NCBI GenBank assembly: GCA_006226375.1
Contig: SBHC01000009.1
Span: forward strand, 14,527 to 78,526
Direction: 5' to 3'
DNA length: 64,000 nucleotides
Source: Deltaproteobacteria bacterium
Lineage (GTDB): Bacteria > Myxococcota_C > UBA6777
Shown here: positions 45,976 to 54,064 of the stretch, piece by piece
Layout: the number at the start of each line of letters is the position of its first letter
Numbering within the stretch: position 1 is the stretch's first letter
Notes under the pieces: generated by a model
What the model was told of the DNA's origin: nothing
The model's database searches: none
Seen by the model: only the letters and a program-made list of their open reading frames with translations
Translations under genes and position numbers: made by a program

Positions 45976-46003
45976 CACAGTTGCCTTGAAAACACGGACA
46001 CAT

Positions 46004-46615
46004 TCAGGGTCCAGCTTTCCAAAGCACCTGAGCCGACGAAGGACTGGGCGGTGGCAAAGGTTGGTCATTGAGCAGAAGAGGCGGTCCAGGTTGATGGGCC
46101 AGCATCCAAATGCCTCCAGCCACAAGCCCCGTCAGTCCAACCCCTAAGGTAATCCACCCCGCCGTGAGAAGAGCATTCCCAGATTCCTCCAGGCTCTTAA
46201 TTTCCTCAGGATCCCCCTTCTTGCAACCTCCTGTAAGTACACTGGCGCTTTCATCAACCCCCACGCAATCCAAGTTGTTTCTGATACCAATGTTGGTCGC
46301 GCCAAAGCCGATCAAAAACACCCCAACTCCCACCACTGCAGCGCTTACACCCTCCAGCACAATCGCTCCCTTCGGGAGAGCTGGAGGAGCCTTCTTCTTC
46401 TTTGCAATGGAGTTATCGTTGCGAGAGACTGCTTTCGTTTGAGCGACCTGAACCTGCGCCTTTTTCGCAGACAAGGCAATTGAGTTTGTGGGTTGAAGGT
46501 GCGTTTTGGATAGCTTGCCTGGGCTAGCATAAACAGAGGTAGTTATCAAAAGAGCTACAGCAGCAGCAAAGCCAGGCATCGATCGGGACCACCTTGAGAT
46601 TTGTTTGGTTTTCAT
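46004..46615 (-). CDS. hypothetical secreted/membrane protein
   Basis: RBS AAGGAG lies 7 nt before ATG 46615; the track ORF extends to 46639. It has a signal peptide (AAAVALLITTSVYA), two hydrophobic segments and a Pro-rich C-terminus. It sits directly downstream of the TolC-like gene. Confidence 0.45.
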   Translation of the reverse strand: MKTKQISRWSRSMPGFAAAVALLITTSVYASPGKLSKTHLQPTNSIALSAKKAQVQVAQTKAVSRNDNSIAKKKKAPPALPKGAIVLEGVSAAVVGVGVFLIGFGATNIGIRNNLDCVGVDESASVLTGGCKKGDPEEIKSLEESGNALLTAGWITLGVGLTGLVAGGIWMLAHQPGPPLLLNDQPLPPPSPSSAQVLWKAGP

Positions 46616-46647
46616 TGTCTTCTCCTTTCGCCGTTCCAAAGATGAAT

Positions 46648-48123
46648 TTACGGTTGGAACGTACCCATCGCGCGTTGAAGTTCCAGCAGAGACATATCGT
46701 AATTCAGTGCTTCTTGTAGCTCTGCAAGCTGCCCGTTCCGAAGCGTAGTAAGAGCATCAGAAACTTCCACGGGAGCCGCTGCACCGGTCTGAAAACGACG
46801 TTGTGCGATCGCGTAGTTTTCCTGAGCGAGCTTTCGTTGTTGTTGTGCCACGCGCAAGGAAGCTTTGCTGTTCTGGATAGAAATGGCAGCCTGTGCAACC
46901 TCATTGCCCACTTTTTGACTGCTCTTGGCGAACTCCAAACGGGCCTGAAAGAGCTTGTTGCGAGCTTCTTTGACCTGCACAATTCGAGTCCCACCGTTGT
47001 ACAATTTGAGCTGCGCCACCAACATGACGCTCCAGGTATAGTTTCGCCCCCCGAAGCCTGTAGCATTAATACCTTGAAGGTTGCCTTGGGCAGCGACTGT
47101 GGGCAAAAACTCCAGCCACTTCGCCGTAAGTTGTTTGTTCGCCACATCAACGGCAGTTTTGGCCACTTTCACTTCCGCTCGACGAAGCAGAGCGCTACGT
47201 CGCCAGGACACCACGTTTCCAGAAGGTAGAGCAGCCGCTTGGGGGCGCTTGGCCCGAAACTTCAGGTTGGGACGATTCAACAACAAGGCGAGCGCCAACC
47301 GCGCGTTTCGGAGGCCGTTTCGAGCCTGGATCCACTGACGCTCCGCTTGCACCCTATCAAGCCGGGCGCGTGTCACAGCCATACGAGGCACAACGCCGCC
47401 GCGAAAACGTGCTTTCGCCAGGTTGACGTGGGCCTTGGAGTTCTGCCAGCTCGCTCGTGCGATATCGACCATACCGTCGGCAAGAAGGACGCTGTAGTAC
47501 GCTCGCGCGACCCCATACATGATCTCTCGGCGAGCCTGTCGAATCGAATGTTTGGTCTGGGTCACCGACAACGCAGCCGTTTGCAAAATGGGAATGGCTG
47601 ACAGGTTGAAAAACGCCCACTGTGCCTGGAACTGTACGGCAAGCTGGTCACGTGGAGTGAGGACGCTGTTGCCAAACTTAACCTCGTTGTCGTTCCGGGT
47701 GTAGCTCGCTTGCAACGAAAGCTGAGGCTTAAGGATCGACCATGCTTTGGTGCTGGCAAGCTGTGCCAGCTGAAGTTGCTTTCGCAACACCTTCAGATCC
47801 AAGTTTCGGACTTTGGCTAGCTTGTACATCTGAGCCAGGGAGTACACAGGATCTTTGGCGTCAAACCGCGGAGGCAGCCGCACAGAGGTCACGCTCCACC
47901 GCGCCTGAGGCTTCAATGAGATCTTGCGCAGCCATCGGGTCCGCTTTCGCACCTTAGGGAGCCTGGCTTTGTGTTTCCGTCGTCCAACACGTGCGACGCG
48001 GCGGGAGACTTTTTTCTTTCCATGGGCGCGACGAACGAGCCCTCGCTGAAGCGGAATACCGGCCCTCGCTATCGTGGGAATCAACATTCCCAACAGGGCA
48101 AACCATACCGTAGAAACTTTCAT
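46648..48123 (-). CDS. TolC-family outer-membrane efflux protein
   Basis: RBS GAGGAGA before ATG 48123; the track ORF extends to 48225. It has a signal peptide (ALLGMLIPTIARAG), a basic linker and two repeated OEP-type halves (LSLQASYTRNDN..., AQGNLQGINATGFGG...). Confidence 0.8.
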   Translation of the reverse strand: MKVSTVWFALLGMLIPTIARAGIPLQRGLVRRAHGKKKVSRRVARVGRRKHKARLPKVRKRTRWLRKISLKPQARWSVTSVRLPPRFDAKDPVYSLAQMYKLAKVRNLDLKVLRKQLQLAQLASTKAWSILKPQLSLQASYTRNDNEVKFGNSVLTPRDQLAVQFQAQWAFFNLSAIPILQTAALSVTQTKHSIRQARREIMYGVARAYYSVLLADGMVDIARASWQNSKAHVNLAKARFRGGVVPRMAVTRARLDRVQAERQWIQARNGLRNARLALALLLNRPNLKFRAKRPQAAALPSGNVVSWRRSALLRRAEVKVAKTAVDVANKQLTAKWLEFLPTVAAQGNLQGINATGFGGRNYTWSVMLVAQLKLYNGGTRIVQVKEARNKLFQARLEFAKSSQKVGNEVAQAAISIQNSKASLRVAQQQRKLAQENYAIAQRRFQTGAAAPVEVSDALTTLRNGQLAELQEALNYDMSLLELQRAMGTFQP

Positions 48124-48310
48124 GATGGATTCTCCTCTATCCGACATGGGAACGTTGTCCAAAGGCCAGCCATGTGGACAAGCCAGACTTCGTTCTGTTC
48201 GGATGCACCTCACCCTCCTCCCCAAGAGGCGGAGTCAACGTGAAGGTGGCAGAAAACGAACAACCAAGGTTCCAAGCGCTCAAGCCGGAGCTTGTGTGTA
48301 CCTGGTTACG

Positions 48311-49051
48311 TTAGTCGTCGAGATTGGCGATATGAAAGATGCGCTGCAAAAGCATCTCGTAGATTTCTTCAAAAATCCCACTGTACCGACCGATCAAGCC
48401 CATTCGAAGCTGCAAAGACAGCCCGTCTCGAAGAGCCAAGATAATGTGGGAAAAGGTCGAGCGAGAGATTCCTGGAGGCAACTCGACATTCAGCTCGTCC
48501 AAGAGCTGCATCAACTGGTCCAGGATGCTCCGCTGAAAACGTGTGATCTTTTGGTAAAACTTGTCCTGGCTGTTGGTTCGCTCTGCGTGCAGCCAAAACT
48601 CTGTAAACACATGGGTGAAGCCATGAAATCGACCAGAGATGTCGTTCAGGTCATGCTCACCTTGTGATTGATGAAGCTCAGGAAACTGAAGCAACAAATG
48701 CTGGAGGAGAACTCGTAGTCGCTCCTTGGGTTCCAGCTCCGGGGTCAACTTGGCTTCCAACGACTGACTGACCGAGGCCATCATCTCATCGTATACGCCC
48801 CAGAAGATGTCATCTTTGGTCTTGTAGTAGTAGTACAGCGTGCCCTGCCTCATCCCAGCCGCTTTGGCGATCTCCGACAGCGTCGCTTTGTGATAGCCCT
48901 TCTCCGCAAACACGGCAAACGCAGCACCCAAGATCTCTTGGATCCGTTCTTCACGTTCTCGATCTTTTGCAGTTTGTTTGTCGTCGGCCATCTGAACTAT
49001 CTCTCTCAACACCAAGGGAGGACACGTTGTTTTCTGAATGAGTTCCATCAC
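48311..49051 (-). CDS. TetR/AcrR-family transcriptional repressor
   Basis: RBS GAGGAG before the ATG. The HTH block is ILGAAFAVFAEKGYHKATLSEIAKAAGMRQGTLYYYYKTKDDIF. The gene is divergent from the MFP/RND genes. Confidence 0.85.
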   Translation of the reverse strand: MMELIQKTTCPPLVLREIVQMADDKQTAKDREREERIQEILGAAFAVFAEKGYHKATLSEIAKAAGMRQGTLYYYYKTKDDIFWGVYDEMMASVSQSLEAKLTPELEPKERLRVLLQHLLLQFPELHQSQGEHDLNDISGRFHGFTHVFTEFWLHAERTNSQDKFYQKITRFQRSILDQLMQLLDELNVELPPGISRSTFSHIILALRDGLSLQLRMGLIGRYSGIFEEIYEMLLQRIFHIANLDD

Positions 49052-49211
49052 TCACTCCTCTCTTGACTCTAGGAGGTTTGTCTCGGTCAGTCAACCGAAT
49101 GTTCAAGGATAATGATGTAGGTCGGTTCACCGATTGAATTCGACGAAGGCAACCCTCTCTCCCCCTGACACTCTGTATTCATACGAATCTCCCTCCGCAC
49201 CGTCAATCTAT

Positions 49212-49257
49212 TTTACAAAATATTTATGGACATTTACAAAATTGTAAAATTTGTAAA
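49212..49257. promoter_or_regulatory. candidate TetR operator: four TTTACAAA/TTTGTAAA half-sites
   Basis: Forward half-sites lie at 49212-49219 and 49233-49240, reverse half-sites at 49242-49248 and 49250-49257. The central pair forms the 7-2-7 palindrome TTTACAA-AA-TTGTAAA (49233-49248). The sites lie just upstream of the putative -35. Confidence 0.45.
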
Positions 49258-49262
49258 TTTGA

Positions 49263-49291
49263 TTGACGATGGCGATTTGCATTTGTATCTT
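49263..49291 (+). promoter_or_regulatory. sigma70-like promoter for the MFP-RND operon
   Basis: TTGACG (49263-49268), a 17-nt spacer, then TATCTT (49286-49291). It lies about 90 nt upstream of ATG 49383. Confidence 0.4.
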
Positions 49292-49382
49292 CACTCCAAA
49301 GAACGATGTCGGTCAGTCAACCGAAAGACAACTCGTACCTTGAACCGAATCAACAAAAAGATCCTGAGTAGGGAGAAGGACA

Positions 49383-50747
49383 ATGAAGAGCATCATGAGA
49401 TACACAGGAACATTGGCGCTGTTGTGTACAATCGGATTGGGGCTGGTGGGCTGTAAGAAGCCCGTGGCGAAACAAGAGGCTGAGGTCCTTTCGGTGAACG
49501 TTGCCACGGTGCAGCGGGGAGACATGAAGGAGTCCTTGTCGTTCACAGGGGACGTCAATGGAACCGCTGAAGTGAAGGTGTACAGCACGGTCTCGGATCG
49601 GGTGAAGAAGCTGTACGTAGACGCAGGAGCCACAGTGAAGCAAGGGCAACGCCTTGCCATTGTCGAGCACACACGTCTGCGACAGGCGGTGTCCCAAGCG
49701 CAAGCACAGATCGCCTCGACCCGCTCACAGATCAACGGCGCCAACGTAGGCTTGTCGTCGGCGAAGATCGCGGCGCGCTCTGCTCGCCGTGAGTATCTGC
49801 GCCTTCAGCGGTTGTACAAGGGCGGCGCGGTAGGTTCACAGCAAGTGGACAACGCCCAAACCCAGTACCAAAGCGCTCAGGCCAACGTGAAGTCGGCCAA
49901 GTCTCAGATTCGTACACTGCGAGCCAACCTTCGCTCCCTCAAAGCATCGGCCGGTCAGGCTTACACCATGAGCCGCAGCGCGATCATTCGCTCCCCGATG
50001 GACGGTGTTGTCGCTCGTCGCTATGCCTCCCAAGGCGATCTCGCGACGATGCAGATGCCTTTGTTTACGATCGTTCAGATGGACAGCGTACGAATTGAGA
50101 TCCAGGTCGCAGAGAAAGATCTGCCCAAGGTCAAGCTGGGCAAACAAGCGACCGTGACCGTTGTGGGCCAGCCGGGTCGGACCTTTGTGGGTCGCGTGGT
50201 CAAAGTGGCGCCGACTCTGGATCGCGACACACGCACCGCTCCCATTGAGATTGAAGTTCCCAACGTATACTTCCAGCCGACTCGTCCGTCCTGCCGAAAA
50301 GACAGCGACTGCTCCAGCGACACCTACTCACGCTGTTTCAAGGTCAGCCGTCGACGACGCGCCTGCGCCGAAGTTCACCCGCTGAAGCCGGGGATGATCG
50401 CTACAGTCAAGCTGTTGGTGAAAGAGCACAAAGACACCTTGATGCTTCCCGCTCACGCCTTGCTGAACAACTCGTTTGCAGCCCAACAAAAAGGTGCCAC
50501 CCAGACTCTCTCGGTTCTGGTGGTCCACGACGGCAAGAAGGTGGAAGAGCGCACGATCGAAGTGGGCCTGGAACAAAGCGGCACGGTGCAAGTGCTCTCA
50601 GGTCTCAAGGTTGGTGAAAAGGTGATGGTCAAAGGCCAGAACCTGTACCAGGCGGGAAGCAAGATCCAGGTCATTAAGGACGAAACCCAAACCCTCGTTC
50701 AGCGACCCAAGCCGGTCAAGACCTCTGCAGTCAACAAAATCAACTAG
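49383..50747 (+). CDS. RND efflux periplasmic adaptor (membrane fusion protein), lipoprotein
   Basis: The lipobox is GLGLVGC. It has a coiled-coil hairpin region and the blocks IRSPMDGVVARRYASQGDLA and VQVLSGLKVGEKVMV. It carries an unusual Cys-containing insertion (PSCRKDSDCSSDTYSRCFKVSRRRRAC). Confidence 0.85.
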   Translation: MKSIMRYTGTLALLCTIGLGLVGCKKPVAKQEAEVLSVNVATVQRGDMKESLSFTGDVNGTAEVKVYSTVSDRVKKLYVDAGATVKQGQRLAIVEHTRLRQAVSQAQAQIASTRSQINGANVGLSSAKIAARSARREYLRLQRLYKGGAVGSQQVDNAQTQYQSAQANVKSAKSQIRTLRANLRSLKASAGQAYTMSRSAIIRSPMDGVVARRYASQGDLATMQMPLFTIVQMDSVRIEIQVAEKDLPKVKLGKQATVTVVGQPGRTFVGRVVKVAPTLDRDTRTAPIEIEVPNVYFQPTRPSCRKDSDCSSDTYSRCFKVSRRRRACAEVHPLKPGMIATVKLLVKEHKDTLMLPAHALLNNSFAAQQKGATQTLSVLVVHDGKKVEERTIEVGLEQSGTVQVLSGLKVGEKVMVKGQNLYQAGSKIQVIKDETQTLVQRPKPVKTSAVNKIN

Positions 50748-50932
50748 GGCAACGCCCCGAACCCATCGGTGCTTTGTGTAGAAACGAGCGTTGTGTTGGA
50801 AGCCATTAGGCATCGCTCACTGACAGTGTACATCGCTGCGCAGAACGCCACACTTGCGTGCTCGTACACGTCTCTCCCTGCCTCTACACAAAGCCCCCCT
50901 ATCTAGGTTTTCTACCTTCACGGAGCAAGACC

Positions 50933-53900
50933 ATGGGAATCTCAAAACTTTCTGTCAAACGCGGCGTCGCCTTTACGATGCTTTACACGGTCATCGTTGG
51001 CTTTGGCTTGTTTTCACTGGTGCAACTTAAGCTGGATTTGTTTCCGGAGTTGAAGTTTCCCATTGTTGCCATTGTTGCTTCGTACGAAGGCGTAAACCCC
51101 GAAGAGATTGAAACCTTGGTAACACGGCCCATTGAAATGTCATTGGCAGCCGTGAAGAACATCAAGAAGATCCGCAGCACCTCCAAACACGGAAACGCCA
51201 TGGTCATGGTGGACCTGGAGTGGGGGACGGATATCGACAAAGCAGTCAACGACATGCGGGAAAAGCTCGACATGGCCGAAGACTCGATGCCCAACGGGAT
51301 GCGCAAGCCCTACCTGTTTGCCTTTGACCCGTCGCTTCAACCGATCTTAATGCTGGCGGTTCGAAGCCCCAAAAACACCAACACCATCCACCTGCGAGAG
51401 TATTTGGAGAAGCGCATTACGCCGCTGCTCGAACGCATCCCAGGTGTCGCCTCGGTCCAGGTTCAAGGGGGCAAGAAGCGTCAGATCCAAGTCCTGGTCA
51501 ACCCCAACAAGGTTAAGGCGTTGGGGATCTCCATGAGCCAGGTGGTGCAAGCGTTACGCGCCGCCAACCTGCAGATCGCTTCGGGCTCGGTCAAAGTCGG
51601 CCGTCGCGAGCTATCTCTAAGCACTGACGGGACATTCCAGACCATCAAACAGATCGGTCGGGTGGTGGTTGGGATGAAGGGCCAACCTGCGCCCAAGCCT
51701 GTGTACCTGGAGCAGATCGCCACCATCAAAGATACCCACGAAGAGCAGACGCGGATCTTACGTTCCCAGGGCAATCCAACGATGATGTTGATGGTCCAGA
51801 AACGCTCGGACGCCAACACTGTACAAACCGCACAAGCGGTGTTGAAGGAGCTGCCCAAAATTCAGAAGCGCTTGCCCAAAGGGGTGCTGTTCAAAACGGT
51901 GTTCAACCAGAGTGACTTTGTCGTTCGCTCGATCTCCAACTTGAGCAGCTCAGCGGGCCAGGCGTTCTTTCTCGCGATCTTGGTGCTTTTGGTTTTCCTC
52001 CGTTCGTTCCGCAGCTCCTTGATTGTAGGCTTGTCCATTCCGGTGTCGGTAATCGCAACCTTCTCCGTGATGTACCTCGCCAACATCACCTTGAACATCA
52101 TCTCGATGGCCGGTCTGGCCTTGGCGGTGGGGATGTTGGTTGATAACTCCATCGTCGTGTTGGAGAACGTCTTCCGCCACCTGGAGCAAGGAAAAAGCTC
52201 GTGGGAAGCTGCCATCCAAGGTAGCCAGGAAGTTATCACAGCGATCACCGCGTCCACTCTGACCACACTCGCGGTGTTTGTACCCATCCTCTTTGTTCCC
52301 GGACTGGCGGGAATGCTGTTCCGCGACATGGTCATTACCATTTGCTTCTCGCTCACCGCTTCGTTGTTGGTGGCTATCACCCTGATCCCCTTGCTGGCTT
52401 CTCGGGTTCTCAAGGTCAAGCCTGCTGCGGAGGTTACAGACGAAGCAAGCTCTGGAGGCTTCCTGGGTTGGCTCGATCGCACGTATAGCAGCGCGCTGTC
52501 CTGGTCGTTGCGCTTCCGCAAAACCACCATTTTCATTGGCTTCGGAAGTCTCGTCGTCGCTCTGGGTTTGGGACAGTTCATCCAAACGGAGTTCATTCCC
52601 AAGTCGGACGACGGCATGATCATGCTCAACTACGAAGGTAGCCCTGGCGCGACCCTCGAAGAGACCGTCAAAACCGGCGCTGACATGGAGACTTTGATTC
52701 GCAAACGTTATGGCTCTTCCATCGAAACGATCGTGGTCGAATCCGGTGTGGGCGAAGGACTGTCAGCTTTGTTTGGCAAAGGTGCCCACGCTGGGATGCT
52801 GCGAATCAGGCTGAAGCCCCGGTCACAGCGTTCTTTAAGCAAGCATCAGATCATGGAAGGTCTGCGCAAGACGCTCAAGCCTGTGGCTGGAATCAAGCTC
52901 TCGTTCCAACAAAATGGACTGAGCGGAGGCAGTGACATTGAGATCCAATTGTTTGGTCATGACCTAAAAACAGGGAAAGCCCTGGCACAAAAGGTCAAAG
53001 CCATGGTTCAAACGGTTCCAGGTACGCGCGACGTCAAGACGTCGCTGGAGGAAGGCCAGCCCGGCTTGAACATCACCTTGCATCGACAACGTATGCAGAC
53101 CCTTGGGTTGAACATTTCAACGGTCGGAAACACCATCTCCACCGCGTTCAAAGGGACAGTGGCCACGTTGTTGCGCCAGGCTGACAGTGAGTACCAGATC
53201 CTGGTTCGTCTGCAGCAAAAGTACCGACGTAGCATCAAGCAAATTCGCGACCTTGCGATCTCGACCCCAGCCGGAAAAACCATCCCGCTGTCCAGCATCG
53301 CTGACGTTCGTTACACCCTCCGTCCGGTCAAGATCGAACGCCTCGACCAACAGCGCGTTGCGACGGTGCATGTCAGCGTAAACGGCGGGAATTTGGGCAA
53401 AGTCACGACCGCTATCCGTGCAAGAATGGCCAAGTTCCAAATGCCCAGCAACTTCTCCTACAAAGTGGGAGGTCAGGCCGAAGACTTCGCAGCTTCCTTC
53501 CTCTGGTTGGCCGTTGCGTTCTTCGTCGCGATTGCTCTGGTGTACATGGTGATGGCGGGTCAGTTTGAGTCGTACTTTGAGCCGTTCATCATCCTTTTCT
53601 CTATTCCGCTCTCTTTGATTGGTGTGATTCTGGCGCTGCTTCTAACGCAAACCCCTCTCAGCATCATGGGCTTTGTGGGCATCATTATGCTGGTTGGTAT
53701 CGTTGTAAACAACGCCATTGTCTTGCTCGACTTCATCAAGCAAAACCGGGCGGATCACAACACGCCGGTGTTGGAAGCCTGTTTGGAGGCTGGCCGGGTT
53801 CGTCTTCGACCCATTCTGATGACAGCAGCAACCACCATCTTCGGGATGTTGCCGCTGGCTCTGGGCTTGGGCGACGGCGCAGAGAACTGGATCGCCTTGG

Positions 53901-54016
53901 GTCGCGTGGTGATTGGTGGACTTCTCACCTCCACCTTCTTGACTCTCTTTGTTGTCCCCACACTCTACGCTTCCATGACTCTCTTCTTTGAAAAGCATCG
54001 CCAGAACAAAGCGTAA
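50933..54016 (+). CDS. RND efflux permease (AcrB/HAE family)
   Basis: ATG 50933 with an upstream GGAG; the track ORF starts at 50858. It has typical 12-TM AcrB architecture and blocks: LPELKFPIVAIVASYEG, GLALAVGMLVDNSIVVLEN, GIIMLVGIVVNNAIVLLD and RPILMTAATTIFGMLPLALG. Confidence 0.9.
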   Translation: MGISKLSVKRGVAFTMLYTVIVGFGLFSLVQLKLDLFPELKFPIVAIVASYEGVNPEEIETLVTRPIEMSLAAVKNIKKIRSTSKHGNAMVMVDLEWGTDIDKAVNDMREKLDMAEDSMPNGMRKPYLFAFDPSLQPILMLAVRSPKNTNTIHLREYLEKRITPLLERIPGVASVQVQGGKKRQIQVLVNPNKVKALGISMSQVVQALRAANLQIASGSVKVGRRELSLSTDGTFQTIKQIGRVVVGMKGQPAPKPVYLEQIATIKDTHEEQTRILRSQGNPTMMLMVQKRSDANTVQTAQAVLKELPKIQKRLPKGVLFKTVFNQSDFVVRSISNLSSSAGQAFFLAILVLLVFLRSFRSSLIVGLSIPVSVIATFSVMYLANITLNIISMAGLALAVGMLVDNSIVVLENVFRHLEQGKSSWEAAIQGSQEVITAITASTLTTLAVFVPILFVPGLAGMLFRDMVITICFSLTASLLVAITLIPLLASRVLKVKPAAEVTDEASSGGFLGWLDRTYSSALSWSLRFRKTTIFIGFGSLVVALGLGQFIQTEFIPKSDDGMIMLNYEGSPGATLEETVKTGADMETLIRKRYGSSIETIVVESGVGEGLSALFGKGAHAGMLRIRLKPRSQRSLSKHQIMEGLRKTLKPVAGIKLSFQQNGLSGGSDIEIQLFGHDLKTGKALAQKVKAMVQTVPGTRDVKTSLEEGQPGLNITLHRQRMQTLGLNISTVGNTISTAFKGTVATLLRQADSEYQILVRLQQKYRRSIKQIRDLAISTPAGKTIPLSSIADVRYTLRPVKIERLDQQRVATVHVSVNGGNLGKVTTAIRARMAKFQMPSNFSYKVGGQAEDFAASFLWLAVAFFVAIALVYMVMAGQFESYFEPFIILFSIPLSLIGVILALLLTQTPLSIMGFVGIIMLVGIVVNNAIVLLDFIKQNRADHNTPVLEACLEAGRVRLRPILMTAATTIFGMLPLALGLGDGAENWIALGRVVIGGLLTSTFLTLFVVPTLYASMTLFFEKHRQNKA

Positions 54017-54064
54017 CCTCACCCTGCCCTCTCCCTCAAGCAACACCCCTCAACTTCGGCCCAT

